In this document: positions 37,335 to 47,352 of the stretch, in pieces
Layout of the letters: every line of letters starts with the position of its first letter
How positions within the stretch are numbered: position 1 is the stretch's first letter
Source: Candidatus Omnitrophota bacterium
GTDB lineage: Bacteria; Omnitrophota; Gorgyraeia; Gygaellales; Profunditerraquicolaceae
Direction: 5' to 3'
Length of the DNA stretch: 64,000 nt
Assembly (NCBI GenBank): GCA_025453395.1
Contig: JALOQK010000001.1
Location: forward strand, 74,244 to 138,243
Translations under genes and position numbers: made by a program
Notes under the pieces: model-generated
The model's input: the letters and a program-made list of their open reading frames with translations, nothing else
Told to the model about the DNA's origin: nothing
The model's database searches: none

Positions 37335-39461
37335 TTAACCTGCCTTTTGTTTTTTCCTATTGGCTATCTTTCTAATAATAAATGCTAATCCGCCAAGCAC
37401 TATAAAAAGCTTAACCCAATTTAATAAGGTATAAAATCCATACATAAAATAGGCTGAGACATAAGGGCTTTCTTTTTCAGTAATAAGTAATTTAGAGAAA
37501 CGGTACGAACGCCCAAGCTGCGGGACATCTATTCTAATTGGAAGCGCCCCTTTGACTTGCGCCTGCTGCAACTCTTCCTGGAACTGTTCATCCTGCACCA
37601 TCTGCTGTGAAACAAAGTTAGAACCAACTGCATAAGACCCTGATCTTTGTGATTTATGCATTATGTACCCTTGCGCCTGGTTTCGCTCTAATTTCACATC
37701 TCCGCCAAAAGCAAAATAACGGTAGTCTTTAGGAAGATACAGCGACCAGAAAAGACTGCTTATGGGTATATCTGTTTTGGGAAGATGCAATTTAAAATTC
37801 CCAAAGAAACCAACTTTACTTGCAGAATCAAGATAAACTATTTCTACAGGAAACTGCGTAAGGCTATCGCCGCTTAACTGCGATTTCTCAAGCGGAACTA
37901 GTATATCGCCATTTTTATCCTTAGCTGGCTTTGCGGGCCTTCCGGAGACAAAGGCGCTCCAAAGAACTGCGTTCTTAGGCAGATTCAAGTGGATAAACTG
38001 CTTAACATTATTCCTGATCTGAAACACTGCCTTAGTTAAAACTTTTCCCTCGTCGGTATAAAGGGTCATATAATCCACAGAATCAATCGCCGTAACTAAA
38101 ACCGGCAGCTCCTCATGTTTGGTTACATCAATAGCAATATTTACCGGATGATTCAAATATTTAAAAGCCAGTAATATTGGGCTATTGGAACTAGACCAAA
38201 TATCAGAGGGAAGTTCCTTCACATCGATACTGGTAACGTTATCCGCCTTATTTACCGCTAGCTCCACATTAGTAGAAGCGGCAACGCCAAAGAATCCAGT
38301 TTCCCTTTCTGCGCCTACTACCTTAACCCAGGGCATAGAGGCCACAGTTGAACCTATGCCGATATTTCTTTCATATATGATATTCAGGTTATAACTACCC
38401 TTAACTCCGAAATTTAGATACACATCCGCATATTGCACGCCCTGCTCTTTAGAAACTTTCCAATCGCGTAAGTCTTTTCCCTGCACATCCAAAACACCCA
38501 CATCGTCGGGTAGCGCAAGCCTAAAACTTGAAACTTCTGACTGTAGTATTGAATATTTTATTTTGGTCTGAGCGCGCACCAAACCTTCGCCGATACTAGC
38601 GTAAGTAGCTGTATCCGCGTATATTTTAGGCTCTAATTTTACCGGCGCGATAGTTTCCTTAGGCAATGCCTTTGCCCAACGCACTGAAACTTTGTTTGTA
38701 TTAGGCATAACTGCCCAGGCTACGGTCTGCTTATTTTCTTTCTTAATCTCTAATCTAATTGAAGGTTCAACAAAAATATCCAAGTCTTCTTCAGGCATTC
38801 GCATTTCAAACTGTGAAATAGGAGCGGGTATTACCTCAAATTCAAAACTCCCCGGGCCATTTTCTCTTTCCCGGGCGGCCTTAACCAAAAACTCCATATC
38901 CAGGCTGTATCTTCCGGGCTTATTCACCATACAATAATATTTACCGTCCTGATTTATCACTAATGACGGAGAGCGGTTAAGTTTTACCTCAATAAGGCCC
39001 ACACTTGTAGAGCAGACTGGAATTCTGGTCCATCCGGGTTTAAAAACATCAAAAAGGACATTTCCGCTTATAGAAACAACATTATCCTCTAATTCGGTAT
39101 TATATTCAGTTCGATAAACAATGTAACCTGCGGCAACCGGGAAAAGAGATTCCTGCGGTTTTGGCGAATAAGCCACTTGGTTAACTTCAGAAGATGAAAC
39201 TATATCAACTTCAACCTTGCGGGATCTATCGTCTACTATTTCTTTTTTACCAAGTTGCTGATCCCTATCATGCTTATAAGAATCTTTCTTACCTTCTTGC
39301 TCATTATTGTAATCATATTGCAAAATAGGCTGGTTATTACTGGAATTAAGCTTATTTTGAATCTTTTCTTTAAACACACCGCCAGCTAAGGCAGATTGGA
39401 GACAAAAACAAAGAGTAAGAATTAAACACGCAAAAAAAGCCCTTATTGGGTTCTTTCTCAT
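37335..39461 (-). CDS. large exported hypothetical protein with C-terminal membrane anchor
   Basis: Signal peptide, beta-rich body, C-terminal TM followed by basic tail. Confidence 0.75.
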   Translation of the reverse strand: MRKNPIRAFFACLILTLCFCLQSALAGGVFKEKIQNKLNSSNNQPILQYDYNNEQEGKKDSYKHDRDQQLGKKEIVDDRSRKVEVDIVSSSEVNQVAYSPKPQESLFPVAAGYIVYRTEYNTELEDNVVSISGNVLFDVFKPGWTRIPVCSTSVGLIEVKLNRSPSLVINQDGKYYCMVNKPGRYSLDMEFLVKAARERENGPGSFEFEVIPAPISQFEMRMPEEDLDIFVEPSIRLEIKKENKQTVAWAVMPNTNKVSVRWAKALPKETIAPVKLEPKIYADTATYASIGEGLVRAQTKIKYSILQSEVSSFRLALPDDVGVLDVQGKDLRDWKVSKEQGVQYADVYLNFGVKGSYNLNIIYERNIGIGSTVASMPWVKVVGAERETGFFGVAASTNVELAVNKADNVTSIDVKELPSDIWSSSNSPILLAFKYLNHPVNIAIDVTKHEELPVLVTAIDSVDYMTLYTDEGKVLTKAVFQIRNNVKQFIHLNLPKNAVLWSAFVSGRPAKPAKDKNGDILVPLEKSQLSGDSLTQFPVEIVYLDSASKVGFFGNFKLHLPKTDIPISSLFWSLYLPKDYRYFAFGGDVKLERNQAQGYIMHKSQRSGSYAVGSNFVSQQMVQDEQFQEELQQAQVKGALPIRIDVPQLGRSYRFSKLLITEKESPYVSAYFMYGFYTLLNWVKLFIVLGGLAFIIRKIANRKKQKAG

Positions 39462-39476
39462 ACTATCCTCTCCTTT

Positions 39477-40733
39477 TTAAGTTCCAGCTTCCCAACTTGC
39501 TAAATATTTCTTTTGCTCGGCAGTTAATTTGTCTATTTTTACGCCCATACTTTCTAATTTCAAAAGCGCGATATTTTTATCAATATCTTCTGGGACTTTA
39601 TAGACCTGATTTTCTAATTTCTTATAATTCTTCAGCATATATTCAGCACCTAAAGCCTGGTTGGCAAAAGACATATCCATAACCTGCGCCGGGTGCCCCT
39701 CGGCAGCAGCCAAATTAATCAGACGGCCTTCTCCTAAAAGATAAACTCTTCTACCGTCTTTTAACGTATACTCATCGGTAAAATCACGAATCGTGCGCTT
39801 GGATTTACTTAAAGATTCTAATCCCGGAATATCTAACTCTACATTGAAGTGCCCGGAATTAGCAACGATTGCACCATCTTTCATAATTGCAAAATGTTCT
39901 TTGCGGATAACATTTATGTCACCAGTAACGGTAATAAACACATCGCCTAGTTTAGCGGCATCTTTAATCGGCATGACCTCAAATCCATCCATACAAGCTT
40001 CTATGCCGCGCAAAGGATCAACTTCAGTAACCACAGTCTTGGCGCCTAATCCTTTTGCGCGCATAGCTACTCCCTTACCGCACCAACCATAGCCAGAAAC
40101 CACAACTGTGGAGCCGGCGATTAATTTATTGGTGGCACGGATAACTCCGTCTATAGTTGACTGACCCGTACCATAGCGATTATCAAAAAGATGCTTAGTC
40201 TGGGCGTCGTTTACGGCAATAATCGGATATCTTAATTTTTTCTGATCTGCCAATGCCCTCAAACGGATAACACCCGTTGTAGTTTCCTCAGTACCACCAA
40301 TAATATTATTGTGGACTGATCTGTCACGCTGATGAATGGTGCCGACTAAATCCGCGCCATCGTCCATAGTAATCTGCGGTTTGACTTTCAATACTTCCTG
40401 GAGATGATTGTAATATGTTTTTGTATCCTCGCCTTTAATAGCAAAACACGAGATTTTCAAGTCCTTTACCAAAGAGGCTGCCACGTCATCCTGTGTGGAA
40501 AGTGGATTTGAAGCGCACAAAGAAACTTCGGCCCCAGCGGATTTTAAAACTTCCATCAACACCCCTGTTTCAGTAGTAACATGCAAACAACAGGCCAGCT
40601 TAATCCCATCAAGCGGTTTTTCTTTGGCAAAACGTTTCTTAACTAGAGCCAAAACCGGCATATTGTTTCTTGCCCATTCAATCCTCAATGCGCCTTTTTT
40701 AGCCAGCGCCATATCCTTAATATCGTAATCCAA
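39477..40733 (-). CDS. ahcY: adenosylhomocysteinase
   Basis: [35 protein letters not shown]. Confidence 0.96.
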   Translation of the reverse strand: MDYDIKDMALAKKGALRIEWARNNMPVLALVKKRFAKEKPLDGIKLACCLHVTTETGVLMEVLKSAGAEVSLCASNPLSTQDDVAASLVKDLKISCFAIKGEDTKTYYNHLQEVLKVKPQITMDDGADLVGTIHQRDRSVHNNIIGGTEETTTGVIRLRALADQKKLRYPIIAVNDAQTKHLFDNRYGTGQSTIDGVIRATNKLIAGSTVVVSGYGWCGKGVAMRAKGLGAKTVVTEVDPLRGIEACMDGFEVMPIKDAAKLGDVFITVTGDINVIRKEHFAIMKDGAIVANSGHFNVELDIPGLESLSKSKRTIRDFTDEYTLKDGRRVYLLGEGRLINLAAAEGHPAQVMDMSFANQALGAEYMLKNYKKLENQVYKVPEDIDKNIALLKLESMGVKIDKLTAEQKKYLASWEAGT

Positions 40734-40809
40734 AATATCTCCTCCCTCTACAGGCTTGCGCCTGTAGTATCTTTATTCCCCACGCGGCAGCTTGGGGTTA
40801 ATCGTTATT

Positions 40810-41973
40810 TTATAATTTTGCCGCGGCTTTTTTCAAAACCGCTGCCTTAGCAGTACTTTCCCAAATAAACTCCGGCTCTGTCCTTCCAAAGTGCCCGTAA
40901 CAAGCGGTCTTGCGGTAAATTGGCCGCAAAAGATCAAGCTCTTTTATCATCCCGCGCGGAGTAAGGTCAAAATTCTCCATGATCAATTTCATAAAAGAAG
41001 CTTCTGAAATTTTCCCTGTCCCGTATGTATCCACTAAAACCGATAAGGGCTCTGGTTTTCCAATTACATAAGCCACATGAATCATGCATCTATCTGCTAA
41101 GCCTGCAGCTACGATATTTTTGGCGATGTATCTGCCCATATACGCGCCAGACCTGTCCACTTTAGTCGGGTCTTTCCCGGAGAAAGCCCCGCCGCCGGGA
41201 GCAGCTGCTCCGCCATAGGTATCCACAACAATTTTTCTGCCGGTCATGCCGGTATCTGACTGGGGGCCTCCGACGACAAACTTACCCGTCTCGTTCACGT
41301 AGTATTTGGTATTTTTATCAATATAATTCTTTAAAACAGGCTTGGCCACATGATCAATGATCTCCTGGCGCGCCTGCTTGGTGATTTTTTCTTTTGTGGA
41401 ATCAAGGATCTCTTCGGTATGCTGACAAGCCAAAACCACTGAGTCCACTCTCTTAGGCAGGCCATCATGGTATTCCACGGAAACCTGCGATTTGCAATCG
41501 GGCCCTAAATATTTCAATGTTCCGTCTCTTCTCACATCTGCCATGCGCTTGACTAATTTATGCGATAGCATCAACGGTAAAGGCATTAATTCCTCTGTTT
41601 CTTTGCATGCGTAACCAACCATAAATCCCTGATCTCCGGCTCCGCCTCTGTCAACCCCTTGGGAGATATCCGGAGATTGCGCGTTAATAGTATTAATAAT
41701 AGCGCAAGTATGGTAATCAAAACCATATTTGGGATGGGTGTATCCGATGTCTTTAATCACTGAACGGGCTAATTTCTGAATATCCACATAGGCGCTGGTA
41801 GTAATTTCTCCGCCTACGATTAATAAGCCCATAGTAACATACGTCTCACAGGCAACCCTGCCCGTGGGATCATGCTTTAATACTTCATCTAATACCCCGT
41901 CTGAAATCTGGTCGCAAAGTTTATCCGGATGCCCCTCACCAACTGATTCAGAAGTAAACAGATACTTACGCAT
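40810..41973 (-). CDS. metK: S-adenosylmethionine synthetase
   Basis: [27 protein letters not shown]; start set at MRKYLF. Confidence 0.96.
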   Translation of the reverse strand: MRKYLFTSESVGEGHPDKLCDQISDGVLDEVLKHDPTGRVACETYVTMGLLIVGGEITTSAYVDIQKLARSVIKDIGYTHPKYGFDYHTCAIINTINAQSPDISQGVDRGGAGDQGFMVGYACKETEELMPLPLMLSHKLVKRMADVRRDGTLKYLGPDCKSQVSVEYHDGLPKRVDSVVLACQHTEEILDSTKEKITKQARQEIIDHVAKPVLKNYIDKNTKYYVNETGKFVVGGPQSDTGMTGRKIVVDTYGGAAAPGGGAFSGKDPTKVDRSGAYMGRYIAKNIVAAGLADRCMIHVAYVIGKPEPLSVLVDTYGTGKISEASFMKLIMENFDLTPRGMIKELDLLRPIYRKTACYGHFGRTEPEFIWESTAKAAVLKKAAAKL

Positions 41974-41986
41974 TGCCTTTATCCTC

Positions 41987-42742
41987 CTATTTTCTTGCTT
42001 TATTAGTAATAAAACTTTCTTTGGCATGTTGATAAAATTTCTTATCCCCTATATCATACCATTTACCGCCAAATTTATAGGCGAAAATGTCTTCTTTGCG
42101 CATTAACCAATCTATATAAAATCCCAACGCGTCTTTCTTGTTTTCCTTGGCGCTTAAATATTCTTTAACAAGGCCGAGTTTCTCACGCGGGAAATAATAA
42201 AGGCACATCGCCACAAGAGTAGATGCCGGAACTTGCGGCTTTTCCTGAAATTCCACAACCTTACCATTATCATCTATCTGCACCAATCCATATTTTGAGG
42301 CCTGCGACTTATCTTTTATGTCAAAAACAGCGATAACCGGGCTTTTATTCTTAAGCCGCGCGAAATCAAGCATCAAATTAACGTCGCCGTCAAAAAGATT
42401 ATCACCTCCTATAACCAGAAGATCGTCATTGATGCGCCTTTTCTGAATAGCAAACTGCATATCTGCTATAGCGCCCTTCTTCTGGCTTAGGTCACTGGTC
42501 ATATCGTCGACAACTGTTACAACCTTGTCAGTGTTTATCTTGACCGACCATTTATGGAAATGCTCAAAGAACTTGCTGTTTGTTACGACAATAATCTCAT
42601 CTATCGCTTCAACAACAGATACTTTATCAATAATAAAATCTATCAACGGCCTTTTATTTACTTCTAAAAGGGCCTTGGGGTAATCTTTGGTTAGCGGATA
42701 AAGCCTCGTGGCATACCCTGCGGCAAGGATCAATGCCTTCAT
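41987..42742 (-). CDS. NDP-sugar pyrophosphorylase family nucleotidyltransferase
   Basis: [25 protein letters not shown]. Confidence 0.88.
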   Translation of the reverse strand: MKALILAAGYATRLYPLTKDYPKALLEVNKRPLIDFIIDKVSVVEAIDEIIVVTNSKFFEHFHKWSVKINTDKVVTVVDDMTSDLSQKKGAIADMQFAIQKRRINDDLLVIGGDNLFDGDVNLMLDFARLKNKSPVIAVFDIKDKSQASKYGLVQIDDNGKVVEFQEKPQVPASTLVAMCLYYFPREKLGLVKEYLSAKENKKDALGFYIDWLMRKEDIFAYKFGGKWYDIGDKKFYQHAKESFITNKARK

Positions 42743-42749
42743 ATTTTAT

Positions 42750-44483
42750 TTACTTTAGGATTTCCTTTAATTGGCCGCGGCAGTATTCTTCAACCTGTTT
42801 TCCTGTAGTAAGGCGAAGCGCCTCTTGGGCGATCTTAGCTACCTGCGGGAAAGTAACAGAACGAATAATATATTTTATCTCCGGGATTAAAAACGGCGGA
42901 ACGCTTAATTCGGCAAGGCCCAGGCCAAGAAGTATCAATACCAAAGCTGATTCTCCGGCCATTTCTCCGCACATGCCTACGGGAATCTTAGCGGCGCTTG
43001 CGGCATCCACAATATTTTTGATCATCCGCAATACCGCCGGATGCGCCGGGTCGTACAAGTAAGCTACTTTCTCGTTGGCGCGGTCCACCGCCAAAGAATA
43101 CTGGATAAGATCATTTGTACCGATGCTGAAAAAATTCGCCTCTTTGGCCAGAATATCCGCGGTCATTGCTGCCGACGGCACTTCAATCATCGCGCCAACC
43201 TGTATATTTTGATCAAAGGCAAGGCCTTCTCTGGTTAATTCTTCTTTAGCCTGATAAAGAATAACATTGGCCTGGGTTAATTCTTCTATGCCGGAAATCA
43301 TCGGATACATAAGCTTTAATTTACCATGCACCGAAGCCCTTAATATCGCCCTTAACTGCACCTTAAATACCTCCGGGCGAGCCAAACAAAATCTTATCGC
43401 GCGCCATCCCAAGAAGGGCTGAATTTCGTTAGGGATCTCAAACTGGGATAAAAATTTGTCCCCTCCCAGATCCAAAGTCCTTATGATAACCGGATACGGA
43501 TCCATTGTCTGCGCCACATATTTATAGGCCTGATACTGCTCCTCTTCTGAAGGGGCATCCTTGCGATTCATGTAGAAAAATTCCGTGCGGTAAAGTCCGA
43601 TGCCCTGCCCGCCGTGCAAACGCACCGACGGCACTTCATCAGGAAACTCAATATTCCCATTTACTTCTATATGCTTGCCATCAAGAGTAATAGCGGGTTG
43701 ATCTTTTACCCGCAAGAAATTATCGGTAATGCCCTTTAATTTCTTTTCCTGCTGGCGGTAAAACTCTAAAGTCTGCTCATCGGGATTTATTATGACAAAC
43801 CCCTCAGAGCCGTCCACAATAATCGTATCGCCGGTCTTAATCTTAGCGCTTAAACCGTCTACCCCTACGACTGCCGGTATCTCAAGCGACTTAGCCATGA
43901 TCGCGGTATGCGATGTTTTGCCTCCTATGTCTGTAGCGAAAGCGCAAACATTCTGCTTGTGCATCGCGGCTGTGTCTGACGGAGACAAATCATGCGCGAC
44001 TACAACCACTTTCTCTTTAAGGCTTACCAGGCCCTTATGCTCGGTTTTGCCTAAAAGATTCCTCAATATCCTGCGGCCTACATCATTGACATCGGCAGTT
44101 CTTTCCTTTAAATACTCGTCTTCTATTTTTGAAAAAACATCAATATATTTCTTAAGCACCTCGGAAAAAATATACGGCACATTAAGCCGCTCTTTCTTAA
44201 GCCGTGAGATAACCTCCTCAATAAGCATGCGGTCTTCAAGAACCAGTAAATGCGCGTCAAAGATCTGCGCCTCGTCCTGCCCCATTTGAGAGGCAATATG
44301 CTTCTGCAGGTCGATGATCTCTCTTCTTGTCTTGATCAGCGCCTCTTCAAAAGCCTGGATCTCTAAAGGGATATCCTGCTCGGTAATCGCCTGGCGGGGG
44401 ACAACAAAATCCTCTTTGCCCACCTTATACACAGGGGCAATGGCGATTCCTGACGAAGCGGCAATCCCTTTTATTTTTATCAT
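42750..44483 (-). CDS. ptsI: PEP-protein phosphotransferase (enzyme I)
   Basis: GGKTSHTAI, GLYRTEF, SIGTNDL, CGEMAG. Confidence 0.95.
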   Translation of the reverse strand: MIKIKGIAASSGIAIAPVYKVGKEDFVVPRQAITEQDIPLEIQAFEEALIKTRREIIDLQKHIASQMGQDEAQIFDAHLLVLEDRMLIEEVISRLKKERLNVPYIFSEVLKKYIDVFSKIEDEYLKERTADVNDVGRRILRNLLGKTEHKGLVSLKEKVVVVAHDLSPSDTAAMHKQNVCAFATDIGGKTSHTAIMAKSLEIPAVVGVDGLSAKIKTGDTIIVDGSEGFVIINPDEQTLEFYRQQEKKLKGITDNFLRVKDQPAITLDGKHIEVNGNIEFPDEVPSVRLHGGQGIGLYRTEFFYMNRKDAPSEEEQYQAYKYVAQTMDPYPVIIRTLDLGGDKFLSQFEIPNEIQPFLGWRAIRFCLARPEVFKVQLRAILRASVHGKLKLMYPMISGIEELTQANVILYQAKEELTREGLAFDQNIQVGAMIEVPSAAMTADILAKEANFFSIGTNDLIQYSLAVDRANEKVAYLYDPAHPAVLRMIKNIVDAASAAKIPVGMCGEMAGESALVLILLGLGLAELSVPPFLIPEIKYIIRSVTFPQVAKIAQEALRLTTGKQVEEYCRGQLKEILK

Positions 44484-44492
44484 AAGCGCCAC

Positions 44493-44756
44493 CTATTCTT
44501 TTAGATTCAATACCTTTTCCAATTCTTCAATCGCTATCGCCGCGTCTTCTCCGTCTGCTTCCACGATTATCTCGGTGCCCTTTTCCGCAGCCAGCATTAA
44601 TATGCCCATAATAGACTTGCCATTTACTTCTTCGCTATCTTTTTTAACTGTCACGCGAGAGTCATATTTATTGGCCACTTGAACAAACAAAGCCGCCGGC
44701 CTGGCGTGAAGCCCCTGCTTATTATTCACCATTAATTTCTTGCTTACTAAAGGCAT
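44493..44756 (-). CDS. ptsH: phosphocarrier protein HPr
   Basis: GLHARPAA, GKSIMG. Confidence 0.95.
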   Translation of the reverse strand: MPLVSKKLMVNNKQGLHARPAALFVQVANKYDSRVTVKKDSEEVNGKSIMGILMLAAEKGTEIIVEADGEDAAIAIEELEKVLNLKE

Positions 44757-44771
44757 AATTTAATCTCTTGT

Positions 44772-46049
44772 TTAAAATTCTTCAACTAAACCTATAATCG
44801 CGCGCGACAATTTCTGCGGGTCATGGCGGATAAGCCCTTCGCTATTTACGATATCTTCTTCAATCACCCTATAACCCATATTACGCACATTTTGAATATC
44901 ATTGACGACCAAATACGCGTCTTCCTGCGCGTAACGCTTTAAGAGGTTAGCGGGGATTTCCCCGATATTGACAATACAATAATCAAAGATCTGCGGGTGG
45001 CTGTGCGCAACTAAAGTCTTGATATGATCCGATACCCGGAATCCGCCTGTTTCCCCGGGCTGGGTCATGATATTGCACACATAAACCTTTGTTGCCTGCG
45101 AAGCGACAATCGCGTCGGTTATTTCCTTGATCAACAGGTTCGGGATAATGCTTGTATAAAGCGAACCCGGGCCCAGGATAATCACCTGCGCCTCTTCAAT
45201 GGCCTTGATCGCTTCAGGAGTAGCAGAGGGCGAATCAGGCTTTAAATACACGCGGTTGATCAATCTTCCGGCTTTAGGGATCTTGGCCTCGCCTTCGGCA
45301 GAAGTCCCGTCTTTGTATTCAGCCGCCAAAACAACATTAGAAAGAGTAGCCGGTATAACTTGGCCTTTCAAGGCTAAAACACGGCTTGTTTCTTTAATCG
45401 CTTTCTCAAAATCGCCTGTCAGCTGGGTCATGACCGTAATAAAAAGATTCCCAAAACTATGCCCTCCCAGTTCTGACTTGGTGTCAAAACGAAACTGAAA
45501 AAGATCGCGCATTAAAGTAGGCGCGTCAGCTAATGCCACCAGGCAATTCCTGATATCTCCCGGAGGCAAGATATCAAACTCCTGGCGCAATCTTCCGGAA
45601 GACCCTCCGTCATCAGCGACAGTGACTATTGCGGTGTTATTAAAGGTATACTCTTTAAGGCCGGTTAACAAAACCGACATCCCTGTTCCGCCTCCGACAG
45701 TGACGATCTTAGGCCCCCGGCCGAGCTGTTTTTTATGATAAAGCATATCAAAAAGCTGGCTATCGCCTCCAGAAGGAATAAAAGCAGTTATAAAAGAACG
45801 GATTAATTTTACAAAGCTTAAAGCCAGTATAACAATCCCGCAGAAAATAAGGACTATATCTAAAAGGCTGTTGACCCAGAAATCCTCGCTTCTTAAAAGA
45901 ACAGAACCCAGAATTATAAGAAGCACCGATAAGAAAGATAACCCTATCCAGCGTTTTATCCCGATACCGGGAGAAAGCCATTTAACCAACCAGCCAAACC
46001 GGGAATGAAACCTGCCGCCCGGAAAGGCCCTGTTAGATTTTCTTTTCAT
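44772..46049 (-). CDS. YvcK/UPF0052 gluconeogenesis factor with N-terminal TM segments
   Basis: GGGTG, DDGGSSG, PPGDIRNC, GPGSLYTS; start uncertain. Confidence 0.88.
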   Translation of the reverse strand: MKRKSNRAFPGGRFHSRFGWLVKWLSPGIGIKRWIGLSFLSVLLIILGSVLLRSEDFWVNSLLDIVLIFCGIVILALSFVKLIRSFITAFIPSGGDSQLFDMLYHKKQLGRGPKIVTVGGGTGMSVLLTGLKEYTFNNTAIVTVADDGGSSGRLRQEFDILPPGDIRNCLVALADAPTLMRDLFQFRFDTKSELGGHSFGNLFITVMTQLTGDFEKAIKETSRVLALKGQVIPATLSNVVLAAEYKDGTSAEGEAKIPKAGRLINRVYLKPDSPSATPEAIKAIEEAQVIILGPGSLYTSIIPNLLIKEITDAIVASQATKVYVCNIMTQPGETGGFRVSDHIKTLVAHSHPQIFDYCIVNIGEIPANLLKRYAQEDAYLVVNDIQNVRNMGYRVIEEDIVNSEGLIRHDPQKLSRAIIGLVEEF

Positions 46050-46503
46050 CTTCCTGGCTGATAATCTTGACAATCGCTTCTTGCGTTTCGCAAACTCTTA
46101 GGCTGTCACGGAAATATTTATCTTTAAGAAGGCGTGAAATCCTTGCCAACGCCTTAAGATGCGGGCCGGCAGAATCTTGAGGAGCTAAAAGGAGGAAAAA
46201 TATATAGGCCGGTTCTCCGTCTAGAGAATCAAAATCAACGCCTTTTTTGGAAAGGCCGAATGCCGCCACGAGCTTTGTGACATTCTCGGATTTAGCATGC
46301 GGAATAGCCACGCCTTGTCCTATGGCAGTAGAACCCAAAGACTCTCTGGCCATAAGCGCTTCAAATATCTTAGAGGCATCTTTTTTATCTACCTCTCCGG
46401 CATTGATCAGGGAGTTAACCAGCTCACTAATAATATCTTGCTTTTTAGTTGATTTGATTTCAGGGATGATCGCGCCTTGAGCTAAAAAATCCATTATTTT
46501 CAT
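46033..46503 (-). CDS. PTS IIA component (Ntr/Fru type)
   Basis: RESLGSTAIG.GVAIPH, HLKALARISR. Confidence 0.92.
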   Translation of the reverse strand: MKIMDFLAQGAIIPEIKSTKKQDIISELVNSLINAGEVDKKDASKIFEALMARESLGSTAIGQGVAIPHAKSENVTKLVAAFGLSKKGVDFDSLDGEPAYIFFLLLAPQDSAGPHLKALARISRLLKDKYFRDSLRVCETQEAIVKIISQEDEKKI

Positions 46504-46526
46504 GCTTTTTTCTCCTTCATAGTGAA

Positions 46527-46649
46527 TGAACACCGGCCCATCCGATAGGGCCGGGTGTTAGCAGTAGTGAACACCGGCCCATCCGATAGGGCCGGGTGTT
46601 AGCAGTAGTGAACACCGGCCCATCCGATAGGGCCGGGTGTTAGCAGTAG
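46527..46649. repeat. 3 x 41-bp exact tandem palindromic repeat
   Basis: TGAACACCGGCCCATCCGATAGGGCCGGGTGTTAGCAGTAG at 46527, 46568, 46609. Confidence 0.92.
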
Positions 46650-46662
46650 TGAACACTCCGCG

Positions 46663-46682
46663 CCTGCCTGCCGGCAGGCAGG
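46663..46682. mobile_element. 20-bp palindrome inserted in a family H hairpin
   Basis: CCGCG^[CCTGCCTGCCGGCAGGCAGG]^CAATAC. Confidence 0.8.
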
Positions 46683-46754
46683 CAATACATAATAAGCGCC
46701 GGGTGTAGGTATTATGTATAAAGAAACTATTCCTACTCCTCGCCTAATCGCTCT

Positions 46755-46828
46755 CAAATTTTTAGTGCTGCGCACCAAAAATTTGCTTCGCAGGCTTCGG
46801 AGTGAAATTTTTACTGCGTAAAAATTTC
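46755..46828. repeat. tRNA-trailing element (hairpin - CTTCGCAGGCTTCGG - hairpin)
   Basis: Hairpins 46755-46784 and 46804-46828; same layout as 2-72. Confidence 0.6.
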
Positions 46829-46830
46829 TA

Positions 46831-46903
46831 AGCGGGAGACGGGGTTCGAACCCGCGACATCGACCTTGGCAAGGTCGCGCTCTACCAACTGAGCCACTCC
46901 CGC
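46831..46903 (-). tRNA. tRNA-Gly(GCC)
   Basis: GCGGGAG acceptor, CGACC-TT-GCC-AA-GGTCG, GTTCGAAC. Confidence 0.96.
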
Positions 46904-47118
46904 GTCGCTCACTTTAGGTGGTTCAATATTATCAAGTAAACTAACAATACTTATTGACGTATCTATTACTAATCTAGCGTTCGCTGGACGTTCGCTCCCC
47001 ATGGGAAAACCAAAGGTTTCCCCTCTGGCGTCGCTTGAGTGACATATCTAAAACTATATGCCCGCTCCTGTCACCCCTTCCTTTTGTCCTATCGATACTT
47101 TCAAAAAACTTTAGTTAA

Positions 47119-47200
47119 TGGGCGGAAGAGGAGTTGAACCTCCAAGGGTTGCCCCATCGGCTCCTAAGGCCGACGCGTATGCCAATTCCGCCATCCGCCC
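47119..47200 (-). tRNA. tRNA-Leu(TAG)
   Basis: TCGGC-CT-TAG-GA-GCCGA, long variable arm, GGGCGGA acceptor. Confidence 0.95.
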
Positions 47201-47231
47201 GTCGAGGGCTTTGTAACTTTATTTAAATTTA

Positions 47232-47304
47232 TGAGCCTCCCGCGGCTCGAACGCGGCACACCCACCTTAAAAGGGTGGTGCTCTACCAGATGAGCTAGAG
47301 GCCC
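47232..47304 (-). tRNA. tRNA-Lys(TTT)
   Basis: CCACC-CT-TTT-AA-GGTGG, GTTCGAGC. Confidence 0.95.
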
Positions 47305-47307
47305 AAA

Positions 47308-47352
47308 ATCAGCTATCAGCCGTCAGCTTACAGCTTACAGCTTACAGCTGAT
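47308..47352. repeat. family D heptamer tract
   Basis: TCAGCTA TCAGCCG TCAGCTT ACAGCTT ACAGCTT ACAGCTG between frr stop and tRNA-Lys. Confidence 0.7.

Noticed and set aside
43792-44682. Long plus-strand ORFs opposite ptsI (and similar ones opposite other core genes)
   Set aside because: Antisense shadows of conserved genes with no recognisable motifs
46527-46649. CRISPR array
   Set aside because: Units are fully identical with no unique spacers; no cas genes
46811-47002. 63-aa ORF
   Set aside because: Reads through tRNA-Gly
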